Below are positions 10,963 to 22,515 of a stretch of DNA of 64,000 nucleotides, piece after piece (position 1 is the first letter of the stretch; the number at the start of each line of letters is the position of its first letter). The DNA lies in NCBI GenBank assembly GCA_000146045.2, contig BK006947.3:320001-384000 (forward strand). The letters run 5' to 3'. The notes below the pieces were generated by a model. The model saw nothing but the letters and a program-made list of their open reading frames with translations, did no database searches and was not told the DNA's origin. The position numbers and the translations under genes were made by a program. The stretch comes from TPA_inf: Saccharomyces. Its lineage: Eukaryota.

Positions 10963-11331
10963 TAAAGTAAAACCTAGACATTTACTTCGAGTTATACTTT
11001 TTTTTTATTTATCTATTTTTTCTCTTGCGGACATTTAACACCTGAATTCCGCCTAACGCCAGGACTGATCCTGCCAGGGAAGGGAGCTTTGTCTAGTGCC
11101 AATAGGCCGGACCAGTAGGAAGGTTACAGCAGCTGGCCCGCAGAGTGATTGGGTCACAGGAAATAGCGCAACCTTCTCTTTTGCCCGGGAAAGGCGGTTC
11201 AATCTACCTTCGAAGGGCTAGTACATGAGCGCGAAGGAGGCAGATAATAGCACCATTAAGTGGTCCAAATGCATCTTGAAATCTAATCCTTAATAGAGGA
11301 AAACAACAATTATCAGTAAAAATGGGTATGT

Positions 11332-12154
11332 TATAACCATAATTCCTAATGGTGAATAAAATCAGGACCAATAAAGAAAAGCTAATTTGATTTTTATTGT
11401 CAATGAAATTTCATAATCGTCATGAATGCATAAACAGACACACCTAGCAACTGTATAATCTGCGCCTAAAAAGGGCGTATACACAAAACTAAACGATGCG
11501 CAATAAAAGTTCAGCAGTCAGCAATGAAACCGAGATATGCAGCAACAGAGTATCATATGCATGGAGGATCCTTTCTGTTTTTCTGATAATATGCTCTGAA
11601 AAAGCTCCAAACAGCACAGTAGCCTATTTGTGAAGCTCAAAAAAGGCTTCTATTTCCCTCGCTATCTTCAGATTGTGCAGTGATATTCTTTGAGGAAGGA
11701 AACGTAGAGGGGATAAGTTGGATAACTGTTATTTCTTTTCAATATGCTAGATTTTGCTTACCACCTTACTGATTTTTTCTAATAATAAACTTTTTTACTA
11801 ACATTAGTACGATGTCTCATCTATTTCTTCTATTTAGTTAACGTTCCAAAGACCAGAAAGACCTACTGTAAGGGTAAGACCTGTCGTAAGCACACTCAAC
11901 ACAAGGTTACTCAATACAAAGCTGGTAAGGCTTCCTTGTTTGCCCAAGGTAAGAGACGTTATGACCGTAAACAATCTGGTTTCGGTGGTCAAACCAAGCC
12001 TGTTTTCCACAAGAAAGCTAAGACTACCAAGAAGGTTGTTTTGAGATTGGAATGTGTCAAATGTAAGACCAGAGCCCAATTGACCTTGAAGAGATGCAAG
12101 CACTTCGAATTGGGTGGTGAAAAGAAGCAAAAGGGTCAAGCTTTGCAATTCTGA
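11332..12154 (+). CDS. RPL42A: Ribosomal protein L42A (eL42/L44e); spliced gene with exon 1 at 11332..11335 (ATGG), intron 11336..11837 and exon 2 at 11838..12154
   Basis: Exon 2 translates to [105 protein letters not shown]. The upstream sequence reads aaaATGG|GTATGT at 11332-11341. TACTAAC sits at 11806-11812 and the 3' site is tttAG at 11836-11837. Joining the exons gives MVNV.... Confidence 0.93.
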
Positions 12155-12596
12155 ATCTCTTTATGGGTTTCGCTTTTGTATTTTCTTTGCTTTAAAATCT
12201 GATATAATTACATATTATTACAATATAAAACTTTACGATAATTCCTGCAACTAATGATGCGTTAGTACGGTTCGGGCGCTCTAGGACGCGTGTCGGTCGG
12301 GTAACCATCATTCTTATTCGACGAAAATGATTAGTTTCCAGAGAAGCAGTTGCACTCCAGTTTGATCTGCAGTCCAGCGACTATTTTTAACATTCAAAGA
12401 TCATTTTTCGTTTGAATAGTTGAGCAAGGTCATATAAATTTCTATATCACACGAATAAGGGTTCAGATATTGCTTTATTATCGGCGAACACTGATATTAC
12501 CACATAGATATCGCTCTTTTTTTGAAACGTAAGCGTAAATTTCAGTATAGGTACACGTCTGCGCTGATCCTTCTGTAATCCTCTGCAGTTTTCGCA

Positions 12597-14867
12597 ATGT
12601 ATAATAGCAGCACCAATCATCATGAGGGTGCACCTACTTCAGGACATGGCTATTATATGTCCCAACAACAAGACCAACAGCATCAACAACAACAACAATA
12701 CGCCAACGAAATGAATCCGTATCAGCAAATTCCTAGACCGCCTGCTGCAGGATTTAGTAGCAACTACATGAAAGAGCAAGGCTCTCATCAATCGTTACAA
12801 GAGCATTTACAACGTGAGACAGGTAACCTTGGCAGCGGTTTTACAGACGTTCCAGCCCTGAATTATCCAGCCACACCACCACCACATAATAATTACGCAG
12901 CTTCAAATCAGATGATCAATACCCCACCGCCGTCGATGGGTGGTCTTTATAGACATAATAATAATTCCCAGAGCATGGTTCAGAACGGTAATGGGAGTGG
13001 GAATGCACAATTACCCCAATTATCACCGGGCCAATATTCTATAGAGTCAGAGTACAATCAAAATTTAAATGGCAGTTCTTCTAGTAGTCCGTTCCACCAA
13101 CCGCAAACGCTACGGAGCAATGGGTCATATTCAAGCGGGTTAAGGAGTGTGAAAAGCTTCCAGAGGTTACAACAAGAACAGGAAAATGTCCAAGTTCAGC
13201 AACAACTTTCCCAAGCACAGCAACAAAATTCCCGGCAACAACAGCAACAACTTCAATACCAGCAGCAGCAACAACAACAACAACAACAGCAACATATGCA
13301 AATACAACAACAACAACAGCAGCAACAACAGCAGCAGCAATCACAATCTCCCGTTCAGAGCGGCTTTAATAATGGTACCATATCAAACTATATGTACTTT
13401 GAAAGACGACCAGATTTGTTGACTAAAGGAACGCAAGATAAAGCAGCAGCTGTAAAGTTGAAGATTGAGAACTTTTACCAATCCTCTGTTAAATACGCCA
13501 TTGAAAGAAATGAAAGAAGAGTGGAGTTAGAAACAGAACTAACTTCTCATAATTGGTCAGAAGAAAGGAAATCTAGGCAATTGAGTTCTTTGGGTAAAAA
13601 AGAGTCACAATTTTTAAGGCTGCGTAGAACGAGATTATCGTTAGAAGATTTCCACACTGTGAAAGTCATTGGAAAAGGGGCATTTGGTGAAGTCAGACTG
13701 GTTCAGAAGAAAGACACCGGAAAAATATATGCAATGAAAACTTTATTAAAATCCGAAATGTACAAAAAGGACCAATTAGCACACGTCAAGGCTGAAAGGG
13801 ATGTTCTGGCTGGAAGTGATTCTCCATGGGTGGTTTCGCTATATTACTCATTCCAAGATGCTCAATACTTATATTTAATCATGGAATTTTTGCCCGGTGG
13901 TGATTTGATGACCATGCTAATCAGGTGGCAACTATTTACAGAGGATGTTACTAGATTTTACATGGCTGAGTGTATTTTGGCCATCGAAACCATTCATAAA
14001 TTAGGATTCATTCACAGAGATATTAAACCAGATAATATTTTGATCGATATTAGAGGTCATATAAAATTATCTGATTTCGGGTTGTCTACGGGGTTCCATA
14101 AAACTCACGACTCAAACTACTATAAAAAGCTTTTGCAACAAGATGAGGCAACTAATGGTATTTCCAAGCCAGGTACTTACAATGCAAATACAACCGATAC
14201 TGCAAATAAAAGGCAAACAATGGTTGTGGATTCTATTAGTCTAACAATGTCAAACAGGCAACAAATTCAGACATGGAGAAAATCACGTCGTTTAATGGCA
14301 TATTCTACCGTAGGTACACCAGATTATATTGCTCCTGAGATATTTTTATACCAAGGTTATGGGCAAGAGTGTGATTGGTGGTCACTTGGAGCAATTATGT
14401 ACGAGTGTCTGATTGGTTGGCCTCCATTCTGTTCCGAAACTCCACAGGAAACGTACAGAAAAATCATGAATTTTGAGCAAACTCTACAATTTCCTGATGA
14501 TATTCATATCTCTTATGAAGCCGAAGATCTAATCCGTCGACTATTAACTCATGCAGACCAAAGACTTGGTAGACATGGTGGTGCAGATGAAATAAAAAGT
14601 CATCCATTTTTTCGCGGTGTTGATTGGAATACAATCAGACAAGTAGAAGCACCGTATATACCAAAGTTGAGCTCCATCACCGATACTAGGTTCTTCCCAA
14701 CCGATGAGTTGGAGAATGTTCCAGATTCCCCAGCTATGGCACAAGCTGCCAAACAAAGGGAACAGATGACAAAGCAAGGTGGAAGTGCGCCAGTCAAGGA
14801 AGATTTACCTTTTATTGGCTACACTTACTCCAGATTTGACTATTTGACAAGAAAAAATGCGTTGTAG
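12597..14867 (+). CDS. CBK1: NDR/LATS-family Ser/Thr kinase Cbk1 (RAM network)
   Basis: 756-aa ORF with a Q-rich N-terminus and an AGC/NDR kinase domain ([33 protein letters not shown]) with the long NDR-type activation-segment insert. It ends in the hydrophobic motif [10 protein letters not shown]. Confidence 0.93.
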   Translation: MYNSSTNHHEGAPTSGHGYYMSQQQDQQHQQQQQYANEMNPYQQIPRPPAAGFSSNYMKEQGSHQSLQEHLQRETGNLGSGFTDVPALNYPATPPPHNNYAASNQMINTPPPSMGGLYRHNNNSQSMVQNGNGSGNAQLPQLSPGQYSIESEYNQNLNGSSSSSPFHQPQTLRSNGSYSSGLRSVKSFQRLQQEQENVQVQQQLSQAQQQNSRQQQQQLQYQQQQQQQQQQQHMQIQQQQQQQQQQQQSQSPVQSGFNNGTISNYMYFERRPDLLTKGTQDKAAAVKLKIENFYQSSVKYAIERNERRVELETELTSHNWSEERKSRQLSSLGKKESQFLRLRRTRLSLEDFHTVKVIGKGAFGEVRLVQKKDTGKIYAMKTLLKSEMYKKDQLAHVKAERDVLAGSDSPWVVSLYYSFQDAQYLYLIMEFLPGGDLMTMLIRWQLFTEDVTRFYMAECILAIETIHKLGFIHRDIKPDNILIDIRGHIKLSDFGLSTGFHKTHDSNYYKKLLQQDEATNGISKPGTYNANTTDTANKRQTMVVDSISLTMSNRQQIQTWRKSRRLMAYSTVGTPDYIAPEIFLYQGYGQECDWWSLGAIMYECLIGWPPFCSETPQETYRKIMNFEQTLQFPDDIHISYEAEDLIRRLLTHADQRLGRHGGADEIKSHPFFRGVDWNTIRQVEAPYIPKLSSITDTRFFPTDELENVPDSPAMAQAAKQREQMTKQGGSAPVKEDLPFIGYTYSRFDYLTRKNAL

Positions 14868-15818
14868 GGACGCGTTAAGGACATTCCTCTTTATTCAAGT
14901 ATTTATCTATGGATGTAGAACGCACATTATGAATAAATAACTGCACTTTTTTCGGGAAAAAAATTACCAAAATAGACATCAGCTTTATCATATGTCTCCT
15001 TGAAGTATTTGAACGACCACCTTTCCGAAGACAATGTACCTAGTAACCTACAGGCTGCCCTTAATCCATACATCCACGCACAATAGCACAATCTCGGTGA
15101 TGGCTGGTTTTTTTACCTTGAAAAACAAGAAAAATGGCTGATGTAGTTGAAAAAGGTAAAAGAGATGGCAGATCAGGGGACGATTTTGTAGAGGAAGTAT
15201 CTATATATATCGACCATATTGAAAAAAATATGAAATAACATACACACGTGTAAGAATATATAATTTTTGTTATTAACACGTCGTAAAAGAGAAAAGATCG
15301 TGCTTTCATCACGCGCTTCCTCTCGGCCTTTCGAACTATAAATTATAAGATGATCCAGTCTTACAATACTGAATGAAACTCAGGGAAGACGATAGCGGAG
15401 GTTCGACAACCGATCACTGTAAAACCTACACTTTCAAGTTCATTAATCGTCGCTTGAAAGATCGTCATAACCAAATATTGCTAGAAACAAAAGCGTTCGG
15501 GATAGGTCAAACCATGATGAACTAGTTCCACACGCATATCTTAAAGCGTGCTATTTTTTAAAAAGGGCAAATTTAGGAATGTCTGACGGAATCCCTAATC
15601 ATCTTTGGCTTTTCCCTTCACTCCCTTCTTTTACCGACGATGGTTTGAAGGAAAGAGAAAAATGAGCAATAGGAAAATTCAGTAGTCGATTTCCATTTCA
15701 ATTCCCTATTGGGTAATGTGGCGGCGAGGGCTAAACATTCGGTATCATTGATTCAATGTTCTCACAATGTTCAAATTCTCGGATCGGGTATCCCTAATTG
15801 GGATCTCTTTCCAGAGGA

Positions 15819-16115
15819 AGGGGCCTTGATGTGGGATTGAAGACACATGAGTTTTTTTCTCACCGTCGAAACTTTTGCTTACCCGTAAAACATCGGCCAT
15901 TCGTTGGTTTATTATGTGACTTTTTTGTGACTTTTTTTTTTGCGAAGTTTTCTCGTCATCCGCGGAAGATCCGGCGGGCGAAAAAGTCTCTCACTTTTAC
16001 CCAATCGGGGCATGTTATGTGGACATGTTATGTGTCCAAGAGACACATGAGCCCAAAAAGGGTACACTGTCTAAATAGTTTACCCTTTACGAATCGAAAC
16101 TTCTCGAAGAAGGGG
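15819..16115 (+). promoter_or_regulatory. YGP1 upstream region with two STRE cores (AGGGG at 15819 and 16111) and several short direct repeats
   Basis: AGGGG occurs at 15819-15823 and 16111-16115. AGACACATGAG occurs at 15841-15851 and 16041-16051. CATGTTATGTG is tandem at 16011-16021 and 16025-16035. GTGACTTTTTT is tandem at 15916-15937. Confidence 0.5.
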
Positions 16116-16544
16116 CCGAAAATTAGCGCAGAAGTTGACGAAAGTTTATACTTTTCCTAATGGAGAGGCTCAGGAGCTGAAAAGGGATATATTCGTACTC
16201 TATTGCATCTTCAAACTCCGAAGAATCTCAGTAGGGAGTGAAGCCGGCTTCTCGATGCTACAGTTCAACATCGATACTTTGAAGAAAGAAAGCGCCTATT
16301 ATATCTCTTTTACCCTATTAGTAATAATTAGGAAAAAGGGAGAAAAAAGTACCTCACTAAAAAAACCATCATCTCTGAAATATAAAAAGCTTGATAGAGG
16401 GTGACATTTGCTAGAACTTCTGCTGTGTTCTCTTGGGTTATTGCTCTTATTGAATATCCCTTCTATTTCTTTCTTGCTTGTAAAAAATCAGCTCAAAAAA
16501 CATCTACAGGATTAATCGTCAGTTAAGTAATACAGTAATAGAAA

Positions 16545-17609
16545 ATGAAGTTCCAAGTTGTTTTATCTGCCCTTTTGGCATGTTCATCTGCCGTCGTCGC
16601 AAGCCCAATCGAAAACCTATTCAAATACAGGGCTGTTAAGGCATCTCACAGTAAGAATATCAACTCCACTTTGCCGGCCTGGAATGGGTCTAACTCTAGC
16701 AATGTTACCTACGCTAATGGAACAAACAGTACTACCAATACTACTACTGCCGAAAGCAGTCAATTACAAATCATTGTAACAGGTGGTCAAGTACCAATCA
16801 CCAACAGTTCTTTGACCCACACAAACTACACCAGATTATTCAACAGTTCTTCTGCTTTGAACATTACCGAATTGTACAATGTTGCCCGTGTTGTTAACGA
16901 AACGATCCAAGATAAGTCATCCGCCGGTGCCGTTGTTGTTGCCAACGCCAAATCTTTGGAAGCTGTCTCATTCTTCTTCTCTATCATTTTTGACACCGAA
17001 AAGCCTATTGTTGTCACTGAAGATTCCGCTTATGCCATTCCAGTCGCTAACAATAAGAACGCTACCAAACGTGGTGTCTTGTCCGTCACTTCTGACAAAT
17101 TAGTGTACTCCGGTGTCTTCACTCCACCTACTGCTTGTTCTTACGGTGCTGGTTTGCCTGTTGCTATCGTTGATGACCAAGACGAAGTTAAATGGTTCTT
17201 CGATGCTTCTAAGCCAACTTTAATCTCTTCTGACTCGATTATCAGAAAGGAATACAGTAACTTCACTACTCCTTATGGTCTATTAGAAAACGGTGTTCCA
17301 ATTGTTCCAATTGTCTATGACGGTGGTTACTCTTCCAGTTTGATTGACTCCTTGAGTTCTGCCGTTCAAGGTTTGGTTGTTGTTTCTTCTGGTTCTACCA
17401 ACTCAACCTCATCTACTATTGAAAGCACTGAAATCCCAGTCGTATATGCTCAAGCTAACACTCCATTAAACTTTATTGACAACAAAGATGTTCCAAAGAA
17501 CGCTGTGGGTGCTGGTTACCTATCCCCAATTAAGGCCCAAATCTTGTTGTCCATTGCTGCCGTTAATGGTGTCACCTCCAAGTCCGCTCTGGAAAGCATT
17601 TTCCCATGA
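16545..17609 (+). CDS. YGP1: Secreted cell-wall-related glycoprotein Ygp1 (gp37)
   Basis: 354-aa ORF with a signal peptide (MKFQVVLSALLACSSAVVASP) and many N-glycosylation sequons (NxS/T). Size and position match YNL160W. Confidence 0.9.
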   Translation: MKFQVVLSALLACSSAVVASPIENLFKYRAVKASHSKNINSTLPAWNGSNSSNVTYANGTNSTTNTTTAESSQLQIIVTGGQVPITNSSLTHTNYTRLFNSSSALNITELYNVARVVNETIQDKSSAGAVVVANAKSLEAVSFFFSIIFDTEKPIVVTEDSAYAIPVANNKNATKRGVLSVTSDKLVYSGVFTPPTACSYGAGLPVAIVDDQDEVKWFFDASKPTLISSDSIIRKEYSNFTTPYGLLENGVPIVPIVYDGGYSSSLIDSLSSAVQGLVVVSSGSTNSTSSTIESTEIPVVYAQANTPLNFIDNKDVPKNAVGAGYLSPIKAQILLSIAAVNGVTSKSALESIFP

Positions 17610-18477
17610 ACTGATAGATATTAAATCTAGCGAAGCATAGAGATTCTTTTTTTACCAGTCATCATAACCATTATTTTACAAAATTTCCACGCAACAGCTT
17701 TTATTTTCGTTCGTAATAGGAACCATACTTCCCATTAAAGCAGTATGATTGTTTTATACACCTTTTTATTGTTATTTAAGACATACCCCAAATAATTAAT
17801 TAATTAATTGATGAAAGAATCATATAAATTCTTGGCCATACATATTTTTTTATTATCTTTTGCTACATTGACCATAGGTGAATATCTTCCCGGGGTGACA
17901 CTCCACTGAAGTGGGAAAAAAAGAAAAGTTTTAAAACATTGCTCACCTTAAGTCTCGAAGGTCTAGCATTCACTACCTGTAAGTGTCAAGACCCCACATG
18001 TATACATGGATACAATAAAGAAACAATGTCCGTATAATTTGTATACATTTTACTACAGATAAGGGATCTCACCCCCTTCTTTTGTGTCTAAGTGAAATCT
18101 TCTGATATATTTAGTGTTTTATAGCGTCCATGTTTTAAACTAGAACGGCAAAATAGTAGTTGTTGTAAACGCTTATTTTCGAGACATCAGGTAAAAAGGA
18201 TAGTTAAATCTTACAATCAATGCATGTAGTGAGTGGCGTTTATCAATAGTTTTTAACAATTCCCATTTTGAAAGAAGCCCACAACAACCCTAGTAGTTCG
18301 TTAATATACGTTATGATGGTCAAGTGTCACAGTACGGAAAGCTTGCAAACAGCTCTTACATAGAGGAGTTGCTTCAAAATAAACGTCCTCTGGTGTCAAG
18401 TGTCTCATACAGCGACCACATGCGAAAGAAACTACTACAGATAAGCAAATACACAAATTATAATCGTGGATTCATCA

Positions 18478-19347
18478 TCAGAATACGCCTGGCCCTGTAA
18501 TCCTTTGGCTCACCAACATTCGATGGACACCTTTATATCTTCTAATAACAGTGAATAATAGACACAATACGAAGAAAAACCCAGCGGTAACCATGTAAAC
18601 GGTACCACTTACGCCATAAGCTAAATAGATCAGAATGGTAGAGACTTTGACAAATAGCTCGAAAGCTTTAGCGAACATTAGTCTTATCCAATTTAAGTTG
18701 GGTTCATTGCCATCTCTACTTTTCATAATATGTTTTATCACAGGTGAAGAGTAAAATACAATGATGTTATGAAACTTTCCAAGCAACCCTAATTTACCAG
18801 TATCCTTATATGCTATTAATGTCGTGCCACCAGAACCAAATATCTTGGCAAATTTCCAGTATCCCACGATTTCGATTATAAAATCATTCTCTGAAAAGGT
18901 CATTGAATTGAACCCGCTCCTTAATATGTTGTATACGGAAAATGGGAATAAAATTAGCCCAATAAAGTAATCTAAAATGAATAAATTTCTAAGAAAAGTT
19001 CTGAGAGGGCTCTGCTGCCTTGCTGTGAATGGGGAATCGGCCGTATTGGCGTTGGTGGCTCTTATAGTGTCTGCATTGATTCCTCCATTTCCGTTTGTGG
19101 TTGCATCCATATTAGCTGCTCTATTTATATTTGAAGTAGAACTCATATTCCTCCTAAGGGAGTTAAATATTCCATCGATTGCTTGCTGTACATCCTGCTG
19201 TAGTTCTTGCTGAGATTGCTCGGTTACAGGTGAAGGCTCTCTACTATGCCTCGTTTCCGATTCTTCTAGAAATCGCTGAAACAGATAATCATCATTATCG
19301 TCTCTTTCTGTCCAATTACTGCGGCGATGATTTTGAGGCCTCGCCAT
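18478..19347 (-). CDS. ASI2: Inner nuclear membrane Asi-complex subunit Asi2
   Basis: 289-aa ORF whose C-terminal half has predicted transmembrane helices. The position matches YNL159C. Confidence 0.8.
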
Positions 19348-19611
19348 TTTTTCTCACTAAATGCTTGTGAGGATGTATGCGTTTGATTCGGTGTCTCTTT
19401 AATCATATTCCCGAATCGACCCTATTTGAAGGTAGAGGGAGTTGTTTCCTCTCACTATTGTTATAAAAGATCATCAATGACGGAAACTAATATGCAATGA
19501 AAAAATGAGAAGTTTACATGAATATGAAGATTAACTGCACAGCAATGTTGTTGACCCTTGGTATTCGCACACACTAAGCCAACATAGGTTCGTTCAATTT
19601 TTAAAAAGAAG

Positions 19612-20208
19612 ATGGTCCGGCCTCAGAATGTTCACTGGTTTATCGCTACAATTGTATTTTTCATCGGATTTGTACACGCTAATACAGAATCAATCTTATA
19701 TAAGGTTCCTCACAACTTTCCCCTCAAAAAACCAAGAGACAGCTCTACTTATGCAAGAGATGTAAACTTGATATCTTCCATATCACTATCGGGAGAAGCA
19801 ATGAGTCAGATCACTATCGAGGCCAATACCACTGACTTGGAGTTGCATAATACTACGTATATTGAACTGGCGGACTTACAGCGAGACGAAACATATCAGA
19901 TTAAAGTGTGTTGGTCAGCAATACATCCAATTTCCATTAATAATCTCCAAACTATCACAATACCACGTTTCACTGAATTTCAGGGAACTAAGTCAGACTA
20001 CGCGAGAATACTAGTGACTTTCCAGGTCTTGTCTGACTCGTATCCTAGTGAGCATGCCATGGTTCCAATACAAGTCTCATTAATCACCACTCGGCTAGGT
20101 ATCCCCGTGGATATTTACCCAACATTAATCGTTATGGTGCTATTAGTAGCAGGGCTTGTTGTTACCCGGGCACCACACGTATTGAACGATCTTTTGCTGA
20201 AATTTTAG
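19612..20208 (+). CDS. PGA1: Pga1, essential ER membrane subunit of GPI-mannosyltransferase II
   Basis: 198-aa ORF with an N-terminal signal/TM segment and a C-terminal TM segment. Size and position match YNL158W. Confidence 0.8.
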
Positions 20209-20351
20209 TATGGAAGCCTGAGCCCCCTTTGGCTGGATAGCTTGGCCTCATCACAACTAGAACGTAAAAAAGTCCATTAACCATCAAATGCTTCTCATTA
20301 AAGTGGGTATTTTTATCGAAAGAAAGGGACCTGAATATCTAACTCGCCGCT

Positions 20352-20858
20352 ATGTCGAATGAAAACTTATCTCCCAATAGTAGTAACCCAGATTTAACTA
20401 AACTGAATAACGGCGAAAGCGGAACTATTGATACCAGCAAATTCTCGCCCAACGAAATGAAGCTATACAAAATGTACGGAAAGCTGCCATCAAAGAAAGA
20501 TATTTTTAAGCATACCATGCAGAAAAGAAAATATTTCGACAGTGGTGATTACGCTTTGCAGAAAGCTGGCATTCAAAACAATGATCCAATAAACTATGGA
20601 AAGAATAACCTGCCATTAACAAATCCCAGCAAACTACGAGAAGATATAATAAAAAGAAGGATAAGCACTTGTCCGTCAACTGCCTCAACCGCTGGTGTAG
20701 TAGATAATGCGACGTTGATACAAAAGGAGGGAAGTATATCGAGTGGACCACCATCGTCTAATAACGGTACTATTGGAGGTGGTAGTACAAGTTCAACGCC
20801 AGTGGGGAACCACAGCTCTTCGTCGTCCAGTTTGTATACTGAATCACCCATTAGATAA
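20352..20858 (+). CDS. IGO1: Endosulfine-family protein Igo1 (PP2A-Cdc55 inhibitor, Rim15 target)
   Basis: 168-aa ORF carrying the endosulfine signature KYFDSGDYAL. The size matches YNL157W. Confidence 0.88.
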   Translation: MSNENLSPNSSNPDLTKLNNGESGTIDTSKFSPNEMKLYKMYGKLPSKKDIFKHTMQKRKYFDSGDYALQKAGIQNNDPINYGKNNLPLTNPSKLREDIIKRRISTCPSTASTAGVVDNATLIQKEGSISSGPPSSNNGTIGGGSTSSTPVGNHSSSSSSLYTESPIR

Positions 20859-21068
20859 ATAGACAACCTGTACTTTTTTATATTTTTTTAGGGAAAGAGA
20901 AGGGTCTCTTATATTTAACGCTTATTATGTGATTTCTCGAAATGTCAAGTGTTACAGCCATATGGCTGACTGTGTTTACGTTAATTAGTTATATATAAAC
21001 GATAAGCCATTCTGATGTTATCTTCTTGTACTTCTAATTAATAATATTTACTCGTCAGAATTTCGACT

Positions 21069-21968
21069 TTAATGAGAATATAGATATCTTCCTAGTTTTC
21101 CAAACATTAGAGAACCAAGGAAATAAAAATCCATGAAATATAAAAATTGGGAACCGTCGATAATATCTTTGTAGCAAGAGATACAACAACCCACCCCAAT
21201 GCAGATGCAGCTCATTAACATGGATATTGAGCCGTCAAAAAACAACCACAGTATAATATTCAGAAGCCCCCATGCCCCTGCCGCCTGCAAAGAGGAGTTC
21301 CACTGTATTTTCCTGATCCCAAATGTGACTCCCAACATGGCATTGATACTTCTAATAACAGAGGTCAAACTGTCATGGTGGACAGAGCTCTTAACAACCT
21401 CTGTTTGAAAAATATTATCCAGAATTGGTACAACAGAACCAAATAACAGTCCTTCAACACCGTAGCCTAACCAGTTTGGCAGAACCCCATTGGATAGCCA
21501 GTTACAAAGTTTGACACCCAGTAGAAGGGGTCTCGATGCAAAATCTGGATGTAAGAGATGATTATCGTGCAAGTTTCTGGACAGTTCATGATATGCGAAA
21601 CCGCTCAATGACAAAATTAATACAGCTTGCAGGTAATGAAGAATATTTTGACGAGTTTGTCTGGTTCTTGACGGAAAGTTTTCGTGAATGGATGATGCTG
21701 ATAAAATCCTTTCCAAATTATTAGAAGATACTGTGTTCCTTGGCAGCGAGCCGCCAACCTTATGGGCCAAGTAAAAAGTCGAATCAATAGTTTGATCTCT
21801 ACTATATTTGGTAGAATCTATAGAGACAGAGCGTTTCAATTCTTCGTAAATTTCGTTATCTTCCGATCTCACGACGTCATCATCATATAATGAATAAAGC
21901 TGCGGTTTAGTCAGAGAGCAGATTGATTCGGTGCTCTTCTTTGGATCCGGTTCTCCTCTATTGGCCAT
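21069..21968 (-). CDS. NSG2: INSIG homologue Nsg2 (ER membrane)
   Basis: 299-aa ORF with a multi-pass hydrophobic C-terminal half. The position matches YNL156C. Confidence 0.8.
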   Translation of the reverse strand: MANRGEPDPKKSTESICSLTKPQLYSLYDDDVVRSEDNEIYEELKRSVSIDSTKYSRDQTIDSTFYLAHKVGGSLPRNTVSSNNLERILSASSIHENFPSRTRQTRQNILHYLQAVLILSLSGFAYHELSRNLHDNHLLHPDFASRPLLLGVKLCNWLSNGVLPNWLGYGVEGLLFGSVVPILDNIFQTEVVKSSVHHDSLTSVIRSINAMLGVTFGIRKIQWNSSLQAAGAWGLLNIILWLFFDGSISMLMSCICIGVGCCISCYKDIIDGSQFLYFMDFYFLGSLMFGKLGRYLYSH

Positions 21969-22515
21969 TCTGTATGCTGTTTTCTTTGAGAAATACTTTG
22001 TCGTTTATCTTCGTCCTTGTCTTCTTTTTGGTCCTTTGTGTTTGAGTGCTTTCCAAACTTTTTCTTTACCTTTTGCACGCCAACTACTATGCCCTTTATT
22101 GCAAATAAAATAGGTACTACAATAAGCCCTATCATCAATGTTGAGCTGTCAACTAGAAGTTTAAGGAAAAGAACATCTCGAAGTTTAGTAATTTCCTTGC
22201 TTTCATATTTTAAATGTCTAGCTAATTTCGTATCTACCCTTTATCTCATGCCGATAAAAAGAAAAGTTCCCCCCTCGTGGCCAGCGACGTTCGTATATAC
22301 ATAAAACTGCCTCACCCTCCTTTCGGTGGCAAAAGCATGTTCTACAAATGAGTATAAAGATGTAATAAGAGCTTGTACAAGCAAGGACTCGAGCTAGGGC
22401 GGAAGTGTGACAACAGTGAGCTATAGGCACATTGTAGTGTACATCTACTGCAAGAGCTTGCATTAATTTTGATATAAAAAAAAGGACCATCAACTAATTT
22501 TTGCTATATTTAAGA

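Noticed and set aside
11336-11837. Intron-encoded snoRNA inside the 502-nt RPL42A intron
   Set aside because: No C box (RUGAUGA) paired with a D box was found, and there is no convincing H/ACA hairpin-H-hairpin-ACA layout near the intron ends. The length is ordinary for ribosomal-protein-gene introns.
11834-12148. 104-aa minus-strand ORF antisense to RPL42A exon 2, and an 87-aa ORF (13081..13344 minus) antisense to the CBK1 poly-Q region
   Set aside because: Both are antisense to highly expressed or repeat-containing coding sequence, have no ATG context and are low complexity. They are spurious.
15061-15312. 83-aa minus-strand ORF in the CBK1/YGP1 intergenic region, and similar 60-90-aa ORFs in other intergenic stretches (for example 1376..1627, 1899..2111, 28828..29073, 35208..35598, 36634..36891)
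   Set aside because: They are short and low complexity, with no recognisable motifs and no ATG context. Several start at TTG. They are consistent with chance ORFs in AT-rich promoter or terminator DNA.
17797-17815. (TAAT)n microsatellite aattaattaattaattg in the YGP1/ASI2 convergent intergenic region
   Set aside because: It has only about 4 repeat units, which is common in yeast 3' UTR regions. I did not consider it significant.
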